Assembly: GCA_043228905.1 (NCBI GenBank)
Contig: JBHGNT010000022.1
Span: 9,796,001 to 9,860,000 of the forward strand
DNA: 64,000 bases
DNA from: Azolla caroliniana
Lineage: Eukaryota; Plantae; Polypodiophyta
Direction of reading: 5' to 3'
Shown here: in pieces, positions 46,899 through 60,189 of the stretch
Layout: every line of letters starts with the position of its first letter
Numbering within the stretch: position 1 is the stretch's first letter
Program-made: the position numbers and the translations under genes
The notes under the pieces: model-generated
Told to the model about the DNA's origin: nothing
What the model saw: the letters and a program-made list of their open reading frames with translations, nothing else
Database searches by the model: none

Positions 46899-47999
46899 AT
46901 GTCTCGCACAACGAGAGAAGGAGTCCCTATGCCATTTATACGCCTGAAGGCAAACGACTCCCCACCTTCATCTAGCGCGAGAAAGTTCATATCGTTCACG
47001 CCCCACTCCCATTGATACAACCCCATCACCTTACCAATAGTGATTGTGGACCACCTCTACGTTCTTCTTTTATGATTAAGATCATAAATAGTGGTGGTGC
47101 GCACATATCATGGGTACAAGTAATAGAACCATGGCCGATGTATTCTAAGGCGAATCGCTATTGTTTCATTTATTCATTTCTCCCATTGTGTAATATTGAG
47201 CATAATTATATCATAACAATTATAATCATCATATGCAAGGAAATCGTATTAATAGTATGTGCCTATTTTCTCACAAACACAATGGTCTTTTGATTACCCC
47301 TACGGTAATAGTGGACATGTCTAGTTCTCCTAGGAAATTTAGCTTTATTGATTGTTTTCTAACTCTAATTGATCCAATGAGGTTGTGAGTTGTCTTGTCA
47401 CTACTCGAGGGTGCATGACATCTAGCTACCTATGTAAAAGGATTGTACAATAAAACCATGTATTAACACACTACAACAAGATATCACTTGTCAGTCATCT
47501 TACTATCAAGTGGCACAACAATTGATACAGGCCCTCTATATAACCAATTGATTTTTCTCGAGATCACTCTTAAAATTTATGACTTCTTAATTTTTAGACA
47601 AGGCCAACAATTACGTGAATAAGTTTAATCGTAAATAAAATCATTGTCTTTATCTTAAAGGCATTAACTTATTAAACCATTTGTATAATCTTAAGATTAG
47701 AGAGCCATCAATATAAATGAAACATCGACAAGTTTGGAAATAAATTTTCTTAAACGAATCCCAAGTGCTAAAGCAAGTTTGCATTAGCATTGAATTCATT
47801 CATAAAATTGCAAAGAGAGTTAAATTTTGGCCTACCCCTTCCTTAGGTCGCAGCTTGTTTTTAGTTCCCACAATAGAGTTTTAGATTATAATGATCACAA
47901 ATACAAACAAGAGGCTCAATAATCGAAGTAAGACTATTTTAGAGCATTGTATTTCTTAATATCCCCATCGAAGGTCCAAGTCAATCCATGCAAAAAGTT

Positions 48000-49310
48000 G
48001 GAGGATACTCAATCGTGGAGTTGGAGAAGGTCAACAACAATGGAGACAATACAACAATTCAGGTGATCTTTTCAAATTGCTTTTTTTTCCACAAATTCGT
48101 TGAGCTCAAACTTGCCCTTCATCCAAGTGTCTTGATTATTAAAGGGGAATTTTATAATCCTTGTGTGTGGAACCACATGAGCATTTGTTCACGTTAGTTT
48201 TTTGAATATATATCTTGTTGAGGATGTAGTGTATTAGATATTTTGTAAGAAGTTGGGTCATAAGCTTCTTATTGAAATGGCATTGACTACACCCTACCAT
48301 TTGTTAAAAAAAGATAACATGTCATCAAACATAGATGTCTTTCTTGAACCTATATCACAATAAAATGAAATAGTAAAGATGAAGCATCCAAAGTATGATT
48401 AAAGTTGAGGTTTAACCAATGCCTTGTGCCTAATTATAGTATCTTGATTAAATTATTCTAGAGCCTTGTTAGATTATTATGTTAATAAATCAACTTGTGA
48501 GGTCGAATGACACCTAAGATTAAGTGACCTTGGAAAGCATTGTAACAGGTAAATGTGCAACTTAATTATTTAACTAGTTGATTATGATACAAAATTAGAT
48601 CAAGATGATGAGGTTGGTGCAACTTGATTAAAGCAGTAAATGTATTTTCATTAAAATCAAATTACTTAAAATTTAGTTAGGTAGCATACAGTTTGCAATG
48701 GTATAAGGGATAACCTCAATATTAGGAGAGATACTAATGATATAATTGTCACCTCATGTATGAGGGGTGTTTAACATATGTTCCTAAAATTTAGTCTCTT
48801 TATAAGCTTGCTAGCATTTTTGTACAAACAAGTTATGCCAAGTATGTTTGACATGTTTTATAAACATAATGGTTTGTGTTGAAGTGCAATGTTGAGCATT
48901 GTCTTTATATGATATGTAGGAAACATAATACTCCTTTTTGGGTTCAAATATTCAAAGTTGATGATATTGTGATCATTTTAAGAACAATATATGATTAAAT
49001 CTTGGCATCGTGGACGTCAACTAGTTGTTCTACATTAGTTCTTTGCAATAAACACTTAACGTTCTTTATATTGAGATTGAGCACATAAGCAATTTGTTAT
49101 GACAAAATATCTTTCCAACTAATGAATCGACATGTGGTTCCACACACAAGGGTTATAACATTCCCCTTTAATAATCAAGACACTTGGGAGGAAGGGCAAG
49201 TTCAAGCTCCCCGAATTTGCAGAAAAGAAAGCAATTTGTAAAGAACACATGAAGTATTGTATTCTCTCCGTTGTTGACATTCTCCAACTCCACATTTGAG
49301 TATCCTCAAA
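48000..49310. repeat. Diverged inverted repeat, arms of about 200 bp (48000-48197, 49117-49310)
   Basis: GAGGATACTCAA...CCAAGTGTCTTGATTATTAAAGGGGAA...TGTGTGTGGAACCACATG present on both strands. Confidence 0.85.
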
Positions 49311-50075
49311 GATAGTACACACAATAAATTGAGGAAAATAATAGGGAGCATTTGTTGTACAAGACTTGGTTAAATCCCTAAATGAATTGTCATACGAGCA
49401 CACTATACCATACTTCTTTGTACCCATGCAGATTTTAACTACAAAAAATTATCGACACAATTTTATAGAGCTCAGCTGCACATCCACAAATACCTTGAGA
49501 AAAACTGATTACAACTTTGCAGATTCACAACAGAATTGATTTCTTGCGTTTTAGTTTCTTTTTAGTGAACCAAAAAACCTATATCTTGATCTCATCACAA
49601 TTGGTGATGACAACATAAGTGCCATTTGTGTGCACTTCACATCCTCCATGGATATAAATGATGGAAAGAGTATAGTATCATTTGAATAAAGCTCTTCTAC
49701 TTTCTTAGAAAACACAGTACACAGTTTTCGTATCCTAAGATTAAATCACAATACAATAGGCTTGATACAATAAAGCCCATGAACTGTACAGCTAACTTGG
49801 TTATCATATATCGCCAATAGCCATAATGATTGTTAGTAATATACTGCAAAGTTGGAAATAAAATGAGATTTTCCCCTTCTGAAAGTTTATGCTCGCATAT
49901 TATGGCTATAAACATTTCAACGAAATCACTCACCTATATGGGTAGTATAATAAGCTAGGAAAACTACATCACGTAAAGATATTTACTCTTATTCTTCACT
50001 TTACAACTCCAGTTTTTTTACATCTTTAAGGTATACAATGCATTAGTCTCATCTTCTGACCACGTCGGCATGAGC

Positions 50076-53000
50076 TTAAATTGCCCTAGTGTTGTAAGAG
50101 CCACATGTGCTACATTTATGATACAGCCAGTGAAAAGGAGCCTTGCCCTTTCTTTCACAGTCATTACAAAGAATATCCTGCAAATAAGAGCAAATTAATA
50201 CAAAAAACGACACTAGCATCAAAAATCACTTTTGACTGTAAGCAATTAGAATAACGCTCTTAACCTGTTGCCTATCTCGATACTCTTCCGGGAGCTGTTC
50301 TGAAGCCAGCAAAGCATCAAGCATGCCAAAATACACCTGTACACCACAAAACTATAAAATTTCAGAAAATGATAGCTTATATTTTATGTTTGAACGTATA
50401 TGGGCTCTTTGATTACTTACATTCATGTCACCAAGAGATTTATAGCATATTGGACAAGTGTAATGACTGTATGTGTATGCCTGCACAACAAAAGCAGTTG
50501 AAATGGTACATATAAAATGGCCCTAAACAAAGTTTATGTATGTAGCCACTATGTCTGTATGTTTATGACTGAACACAGCCAAAAAGGCTCAAATGGTATG
50601 TAGAAAAAACATTTAAATAAGCCTAAAGGCATGTTAATAACCTACCCCATAACAGGCTGAATGCATGAAGTGTCCACATGAAAGAGCCTTCACTGGAGTG
50701 TGAGATGTAAAAAGAAAATCGTGACAGATTGGGCAATTTGATTCCATTCCCCTTTCTCGGCATTTATGAGAAGTCAGTGATGTAGACATGCATGAATTGC
50801 ATGTCATACAATGGAAAAAGTCAATTCCTAACCCTTTTCCAACTCTACATACGTTACACGATGGACAGTGGTAAATGTCCCTGCAGCAGAGAAAAGTGGA
50901 TTTCAATAAGAAATTGTGTATCCAAACCATAATTAATGTATGTGTATTATACTTATCATCAAGTAGTTTGCAGATGTTGCAATAGTATTCATTAATATAT
51001 GTGTATAATATCTTTTGTCATCAAGTAGTTTGCAAATGTTGGAATAATATCTTTTAATGTGTATTACACCTGCTACTATCAAGCAGTTTGAAATGTTTTT
51101 GAACATTTCTGAAAATGTATTATACCTGCTGTCATCTAGTAGTTTGCAAATGTTGCAATAGTATTTTGCCATGCAAAACCGGTTACAAGATGGTGTAGTA
51201 CAATATTGGCCAATTGGTTGTGTCCGTAAGCACTGCATACACATCATCTCCTCTATTGCTTGCCTGAAAGTACGTGGAATTTGTATAATGAATGCAAGAT
51301 CAAACCTAAAGCCTAAAACCCATGACATTAAGATCACAAAGCACACACTGTCACTACACCGTCATCTTCATGGTAAAATTATGATTTTTTAATTAGGTAT
51401 TAACATAATCAGTTTATAGGAATACATGAAAGAGAATGCTAGATAGATCACCTGTCCATGGTGTGGTCACTAACTTTATCATGGCAAAATCTGCATGGAA
51501 AGAGGATACCACAGCATACAGCTCTAACTTTACAATTTCGCTTATAATGTTCACAACCGAAGACATTTTCATTCATGTCTGTATAAGATGGAGAACGTCC
51601 AGGGACATCTTCATTCTCATCCAGTGATTCTGATCCTGTTCGAGATGGGTGTTGTTGAGCCACAATCCACCGACTGCCATTGCAACATTTCAGATTATTT
51701 TTTATTAACTATTGAGAAAATATATGCTCATCTTTCACACACAGCATACCTAGTCAACAAATTCTGCATAAGGTAAGCTTTCCTGCGAGGATCAAGTGTT
51801 GGGTCTCCAGAGACTTTCCTAACTGCAGCCTCAAGTTCTTTCTCATTCATTCTAAATATATCCTGCCAACCAGGCTTGAACTTTGTTGTACACTGCTCAA
51901 TTTTGCCTTCAAGAACATGTTCATTGATGTAATCATCCCCTCTTTCACCATCAAAAGAGAAGCTAGAACATGACACGGATCTCTGAGTTTTGCCTAGATT
52001 CTGTTCTTCAGAGGCAACAGGAGTACCTGTAGTCTCGATTGAATGACTTCTGGCTTCATTTCCTTGTATGTTATTCTTTGAAAGGTAATCAGCCACTAGT
52101 TGTAAGCATTCTGGAGTTCCAGATTCGGGCAATTCATCATCTGAAACTGATGATTCAGATGAATGATTAGGAGATTGCTTCCACCATGCACGTAACCACT
52201 TCTCAAACATGGTATTCCGAGTAGCTTGTCGCACTGTATACATCATAGAGTTTTGCTCCTCTTCAGTTAGAGCTGTAGTCACCCACGGAAGCATTGCCTG
52301 CAAGACCTCTGCACCCGTACTGCCTATGATCTGCCCCACTAATTTTTCTTGCTCCTCTATACTGAAATGCAAAGAGAATAGAGGCCACAATTCTAACTCC
52401 TCTCTAGACACATGTTGATCTAGAGTAACATGTATTGACTTACACATGCCCTGCAGTTTTGCAGCAAGACTTTGCTTGTGAAGCACAGCATTCTGGATTG
52501 AATTGCTTCCATCTTCTGATACTTGCACCATGAATGAGCCAGTACAATCTTGCTGAACCATGCTTGCTTGCAACTCTGTGAGCTCCGACAGCACATTTGC
52601 TATTTCATTGAATAAACGCTCTTCATGTTTATGATCAATTGTATAAGAGTGACTCACATTATGTAGAGCCTCTTTTGCTTCTAAAGCTGGAAAAACTATG
52701 ACATCTTCCGCATTGCTATGAGCACAATATAAACCCCGTAGAAGCTGAAATCTTCCTTTGAATTGTCGTAGAAACCGATTGTCACAATCAGCTAGCCTTG
52801 AAGACTCAAAGTCCAAGTACTCCAGATCTTTTCTTATAGCCTTGTGGAACTGAAATATTGTATCAATTGGCTTAGGAACCAATCCACAAGGAGAAGAAGG
52901 TTCAGTACCACCACCAGACAATCCAGACCCAAAATAACCACCTTGAAGTGGATTGGACAATGAAGACTGGAGAAAACTCCGAGCACCAGTGCAGAGGCTG

Positions 53001-56000
53001 CTCCTACTCACACCTAAACCAGGAACACAACAAGATTCTCTAGACTGAGTTTTCTGGCACTCTTGTCTATCCACTATCTTGCTGATCCTGGCACGCTTCT
53101 GTGATCTTACAGAAGTGTAATCCTCACAATCTATCTCTGTAGAACTCATGGAACAATACCTTCCACAGCTATAGATACAACCATCTGTATTATTTCCATA
53201 AAAGCATCTGATAGTGGAAGGCTTCTTAGTCCGTCCTCCGCAAGCCCATCCTAAGAGCAAGGTCACTAATGCTGCATGAGATGCTGGGGCTGCATACAAA
53301 TCGAAGTTATTATACACATTCGACAAATTGGAAAAGACATAGAAGGTACTAAATGCAATATTAAATGGGCTTCAAACATAAAGAACATGTGCCACCTATT
53401 TTTAAAGTTTCTGGGGCTGTGCATATTTTTTGTGTCAACTTCTACAGTGCTTGCAAAAATCACAACTTCTATAAAATGTAACAACAGTACTTATGCTTTT
53501 GCCTGATAAAATGTAGCAATAGGGTCTTTTCAGATATGAAACCGAGAGTTGCCTTGTAGTCCCAATTCAAGATATATCGCAGACATGGTACTGAGGTTCA
53601 CAGGGATACACACTCTACATCGAGTGAGTAGATCAAAATATACTAACACAGACCAAATTCTAAACCTCAGCAAGTCATTTATTTTCCTTGGTTGCGTGTA
53701 CACAAAACTTGGAATCGCAGAGCATGGAACAGCTCGAATAGAAAATTATAGCTTACTCACTAAACCAAAACTTCATATTGAAATGGAAAAGAAAAAATAC
53801 CTGCTAAACGTATGTTTTCAAGCATGGCTTTGGCTTCTTCTTCCTGTAATGAAGTGGCAAGCCATGGAAGAACTCTCTCAAGCAATTTCAAAGGCATGAC
53901 ACAAAGACTCTGATACACTAAAAACCGCTGCTCTTCTATGCTGCAATAATCACGTGCAAGAGGGAATACCTAAAAGAAACCATTCATAAGCAGCATAAAC
54001 CACAAATTATCTTGAGGATCAAATGAAGAATTCTGGAATTTACCTTCAATTCCTCATCTCCAAGATGTTCTCGCACAGTTTGTGCAATTACTTCTGCACG
54101 TGTACATATTTGTCTATACATTTCAATTGAAATATGTGAATTTTTCTCCACCATGATATCTTCAAGAAGTTGCCGTATATCATTAAACAGATGTTTTTCT
54201 TTTAGATGCTCAGAACCATATGATAATGGTTGCTTGGTTTTTTCTGCGATTGCTGGAAACACAACCTTGTCTTCAGCAGCACTGTAATACGATTAATCGA
54301 TGTTTAGATCATATGCAATAATGTGCATCAATGTATGAACCCACTATTTTCTTCCATAAATATTTAGTTTCAAAACAAAACAATGACAAAATGCATACAG
54401 ACGCTATGATACAATCTTTGACTTCTATCTGCCTGACTTACAAGAACATCATGACCCTTTGCTTTGCAATAGTAGAAATCATATAAACAGAAAGAAATAT
54501 TCTTAACATACAAAAAGATGACCTACAAGATATAATCAGTATATGGTATTGTGCCTCAACATGCACTCATGCACACATACAAACAGGTGCATGCCACCAC
54601 TTCAACATGAAATTGCCATTGAAGAAAGACTGTATCTTCATGAAAGGATGTTTCTATCACTTTGTATGCCATGACATCACCATGCTCAACTTGTTGACTA
54701 CTTTATACTGAAATTGCCTAATTGTTATGAGCTTATACCACTTCCTGTAGTATCAACTTTCCACCCAGTGCCAATATACAGCATGGCTTATTTACCCCTA
54801 AGAACACCTTTAAGTTTCTTCTTGTCTTCTCTCAATCACCTCAAAACATGCAGTATAACCTTCAATCTCCAATTTCACGTCAAGTCTTTGTTCACTTCAT
54901 TCTCCATGGGAAGCAGCAAAATACTCATGCACACTTTACAAAAGTTGGACTGACCCTAAAATAAACCTTTGGTGTACAGTTTCCGTTTCATTTATGAAAA
55001 CCCCTTAAAATCTAGGCCACAGCTCTGGAAGCACAATCAATCATAAAAGTGCAAGTTCACAAGAATCAACTAATTCCATAAATTTGTACATAGAAGACCT
55101 GGAACCAAGGCACTCATATAAACTCTCAGATGATCTCACATACTGATAGCAGGACATCATCAAGCTTGTCCCTGAACACTAAATCGTTGGTAAAGAACAA
55201 AATAGAATCAAGCCTAGTATGGGGAGAAAAATAAAGTATATTTATTGAAGTAAGAAAATCTATTCACTAGTGTCAATGACAAAAAAATGGTATGAAACAA
55301 AAAACCCAGGCTCAACACCAACTTCTTCAATATGTCTTACGCACATCATCAGTGCCCAAGAAGCGGTTTGGAGTCATATTGGTGACATTTCTCCAGGCAT
55401 GTTTTTGGGATTCAACTCCCAAAAACAATGCTATCACACCATAAACCTCCTCGAATACTATGTGTTCAAAGCTCCACCTCACAAACCTCAAACCCTCTAT
55501 GTGTCAAAATCTTCACCTCATCCACCATGTGCATGATGCCTGATGGTGTCTCAGCCATTATAGTCAGAAAAACATTAAATGGACTAGATGAGTTGTTTGA
55601 CAACACCTTGCATCATCAAATCAGAGCCATGATCAAACATTCAAGTAGCTTCACTCCATCCAGTTCACAGCCTGGAAGTATTGTGCAGTGGTGAAGAAAG
55701 AGCAATGGCCCACCAATATGTGTAAGATCTCCTCGAATACTATGTATTCAAAGCTCCACCTCATAAACCTCAAACCCTCTGTGTGTCAAAATCTTCACCT
55801 CATCCACCATGTGCATGATGCCTGATGGTGTCTCAGCCATTATAGTCAGAAAAATATTAAATGGACTAGATGAGTTGTTTGACAACACCTTGTATCATCA
55901 AATCAATGCCATGATCAAATCTTCACGTAGCTTCACTCCATCCAGTTCACAGCCTGGAAGTATTGTGCAGTGGTGAAGAAAGAGCAATGGCCCACCAGTA

Positions 56001-58444
56001 TGTGTAAGACACTCCCATCTTTCTCTTAGAAAAGTAAGTTGAGATATGCAAACAAGGGGTACACATTGATGGCAATGAATAAAAATTACCATACTTTGGC
56101 AAAACAAAATATAAACAAAATATAAACAAAATACTGGTGATGGAACTTCCTTTCGGTTATTCCTAGTCTGACAATCGACATGAGATCGATATCACATTAC
56201 CCAAGAAGAAATGCAAAAAATTATAGCTTATCAGAATATAACTAGAGTCTAGGACTCTATATATGAGAACTACAGAAACAAGGAACAAAACAAAAATTGT
56301 AGACAGAGTATTAGCACATGTGCATCTACGATCTATTTACCGTAAGGTTTATAGAGAACATAATTTGACGCATCAAATAATCTTCTGTCTTAGCTTGAAC
56401 ATGCATAATGAGATTCCAAGCTCTTCTAACCAAGTCATTTGAAATTCCAAGGCCAAAAAGAAATCCAATTTCCATTAATCAAATAATTCACATTGCTGAT
56501 TGCAGCTTAGTGAAGGTGTATTGAGAGTTAAACCACAAATATGCCACATCGTAGAGAGTCTTTAACATCGATAGAAACAAGTACATCAAAACTCTACTCA
56601 CCAACCTATTCATGCATTTATCGTTCACTACCCACATTTGCCTGAATAACCTTAAAAGTTGAAGATAGCAACCTTATTATCTCCCTAATACAGCCGATAT
56701 CATCAGGATGATGGTACAATCTCTATACACCCAGATTTATATTACTTAACAAGCATCTGAAGCCTTATTTTCAATTGACCTCTTCTCATTGGTTCCAAAC
56801 CCTGTACAACTAATAGAGAGCGATGGATGCTAGACTAGAATATAGTAAAATCAATCTGGAAACCGACCCCTGGGTCATCATTAAAAGAAGAAGTTCAATT
56901 TCTATGAAACTTTGTCCTATAGACCCTATACAAAGGGAAATGTCATTTACCTATGGAAGATACAGATTTCTGCTAAGAACTGCAGATGCTCACTGAAAAT
57001 GGGAAGATACTCAATACCTAATGAACGCAATTCTTCCACTGCTTGTGTAAACTTAATTAACTCTTCTCTGATAGCATTGTGCCAAGAGATCAGTGTGTCA
57101 ATGGGAGAATATGCCTGACTTCCAAATGCTCTGATGGTGTCATTGTCACGTTCAAGGACACAATCTGATTTCCTCGGGTAAGGAACATCGCATCCCTGCA
57201 ATTTGCTTTCCTTGTTTAACCCGGCAGCAATATCTTGAGATTTCTCCGCTTGTGCAAGAACATCCTTGCCAACCTCATTTGTATTCATTTTTTCCATCTC
57301 ACTGGTTTCTAGCATGATGCTAGCTCTTTTCAGCCATGCAAATACCACCTGGAAACATCAAAGATCTATTTAGTTGCGCATTATGATCTGGAATCTTCAT
57401 AATTTAACACAAATACAGGGAAAACACCAGAATACTCCTAACTTGTTGGGTATTATGAAAATACCCTGACTTTTCAATAAAATTACCAGAATAACCTTCC
57501 ATGGTAATTATTGTTTTTGCTGAATATGATTATTCTGGTAAATGTTTAAAACGAGGTATTCTGGCAAATTTTCATAAAGCGATATATTTTAGTGTTTGCC
57601 ATAAAATATGTACCACCTTACGAAGAAGATCTTCCTTCGGAACAACAGAATGCATGCACTCAATCATTGCATGCTGTTCTTCTGATGAAAGACATGATGC
57701 AATCCAAGGAAGAAACATTTCCATGAGATTTACGGGAATACTACAGATGAACTGCCACACAAGCCCAGCTTGTTCTTCAAAGCTCAAATGTTTAATTAGC
57801 AATGGAAATACCTGCATCAAGTAAAGTTTCAGTATGTTCTGCTTTATTCCAGGATCATATCCCAAATGCCTTCTTTACCCTTAAAATTTAGTAAACTCTA
57901 GACTATCCAGAGGTGAAGTGTCATTCAGATATAAACTTCAAATCAGAGTAATTTCCATATTTATTATGGAAGGTATTATTGCATTGTAACATCTGGGTCA
58001 CAACTTGTGATAAGAAATGCAATGCATGTTCACATATAGAGAGAGTGCACACCATAATTCTTCTTATTAAGATGCCAAAATAATACTGGTTCATTTGTTC
58101 TGCAATAATGTGAATAGACATGCAAATAGCTATTCTGACTGAATCATACTGATGCATTCTTTCTGTAATGGTATGAATAGATAGATATGAAAACAGTTAT
58201 CATAATTTTACCAGCATGCTACCTGCTCTTCTTCTTTAGACATATGTTTGCAAAGAGTTGTCTGAATAACTTCTGTACAACATATTATATCTCTCCGAAG
58301 TTTTGCTGATGCATTAATGCTATCATTTAGGGCCGTCGTAAGCAGCAGTAGCATTTGATCAAACAAGTCGCATTCCTCCTTGTGTTCTAGTGAATATGTT
58401 TGAGCTATGTTCTTGACACGACTATCTAGAGCTGGAAAAATAAC
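50076..58444 (-). CDS. BTS: Zinc finger protein BRUTUS-like (hemerythrin domains plus CHY, CTCHY, RING and zinc ribbon E3 ligase); first exon not found in the window
   Basis: Exons about 58444-58223 (VIFPALDSRVKNIAQTYSLEH), 57811-57617, 57348-56951, 54281-54043, 53969-53801, 53290-51749 (PIDTIFQFHKAIRKDLEYL, HSNAEDVIVFPALE), 51680-51452 (GCEHYKRNC), 51264-51126, 50881-50647 (CPICHDFLF), then three short exons to CGSYNTRAI-stop at 50076. Confidence 0.95.
55447..56009. repeat. 282-bp tandem duplication in a BTS intron
   Basis: Units start CTCCTCGAATACTATG at 55447 and 55729 and differ by a few substitutions. Confidence 0.92.
57418..57573. mobile_element. Possible decayed Mutator-like MITE in a BTS intron
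   Basis: Imperfect inverted ends GGGAAAACACCAGAATAC / GTATTCTGGCAAATTTTC resembling the TIR at 15745; no TSD found. Confidence 0.4.
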
Positions 58445-59779
58445 CTGTGATTATAAGTACCCAAGAGGATCAGCACTGGAAATAAGAAACTTATGTAACA
58501 TCAACCAAAAAGACGAAGAATGAATAGACATCATACATACATACAGAAAATAAAAACTATTTATGAATTACCTCGTAAGACTGAACAGTTCACTCTTCAA
58601 AAATAGTGACATTTTCATGCAGCAGACAAGCACCCACATCGTCAACAAACATAGGTGCAGCCTATCAACAAGATTAATTTCAATGACTTCTAAGAAGTTA
58701 AGGAGAAAATGCAACAGTAATGGAGATGACAACCAGAAAGTAAAACAAGATACATCTGTAAGAATCATCCACCCATATAACATGAGTTTTATTTTTTTGG
58801 TGCACAATGAGTACTTTACTACTCCATAGTGTGTAGGCATTTTTCACGTTAGGCATAAAGCACATAATTAAGAAGTTTCACAAAGCTATTTGATTGGAAC
58901 TCCATTATTATCATTCATAATTATGAATGCCATCTTCAGTTTATACATGGCAACTATAGAACTTTATATAATAAAAAACCTACGCCAGCAAACCACTTGA
59001 GAATAAAATGATTTCTAATTACTGAAATTTGAGAAGCCATCTGCAGGTTGTACAGGAGAAAAAGAAAGAGATGCAACAACTAGGTACTAAGCTCTATATT
59101 TCCATCCAATCATCCTTATTCTTACTTGTAGGCTCAACAAAGCTTTGTCCAAAGTCCTATATTATCAAATTACCACTCCTCCAGCCAACCTTCAGTAGAT
59201 ATTAAAATATACGACATAAATATCTAATACATCCTTTAATATTCTTAAAGTGACATGTAACACAATAGGTATACATACCTAATAGATGTTATTTTTATTC
59301 TTCTTTAGCACACTTTTTAATAACTGCTTATTATTTTACTTGTTTCCCAGCAAAATGGCATTTCTAGGCCAGTATGAAAGAACTAATTTTACTTGTTTGC
59401 CTACCAAAGTGACAATTCCAGACCAGTATGAAACAACTATGTATATGATGAGAACCTTTGTGAGATTATGGAGATGAGAGCTATTGTTTATCAAGGGCTG
59501 TATGAAATGGAGAGAAAAAGGTCTCGTGCATTGCTCATGTCAAATTTTTTATTTACTAAATTCATTCTCTCAAGGTCTAGATTTTGGATCTAATGCATGT
59601 GTACATGCTCTACTATTTTTCATTTGTATTTCTACAACCTAACTCGAGCACGCTGGTATGTAGAAAGCAAGGTGTTCACCCTCTCCTACAACTATCTTTG
59701 TGTTGTGAGCTTTCGAGTATTAGATGGTTAGCAATGAGTTCCTCGTTATGCAGTTGATGAGTGTGCCTGTGATCAAGTA

Positions 59780-60090
59780 GATGTTGATACATTCAGTAGA
59801 TAATCTAGCCAAATCACTTTGAATTTGGGAGTTGGATATGATTTGAGCTATAACGTAAAAGTTGAGGATGGATTTAAAGAAAGTGGATATCTTTTGCTAA
59901 TGGTAGGTATTGAATCATATATTTTGCTAGAATGATCAAGCAGATATTGATACATTCAGTAGATAATCTAACCAAATCAATTTGAATTTGGGAGTTGGAT
60001 ATGATTTGAGCTATATCGTAAAACTTGAGGATGGATTTAAAGAAAGTGGATATCTTTTGCTAATGGTAGGCATTGAATCATATATTTTGC
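59780..60090. repeat. Tandem duplication with a period of about 163 bp
   Basis: TTGATACATTCAGTAGATAATCTA...GAATCATATATTTTGC occurs twice. Confidence 0.9.
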
Positions 60091-60189
60091 AAAAGAATGA
60101 TCATATAGGAATGCAAGGCTAATAATAAGAACTAATATTCATGATCCATATAATTGGTTTCAATTTGTTTACATGCACCCCTTTTCAAT

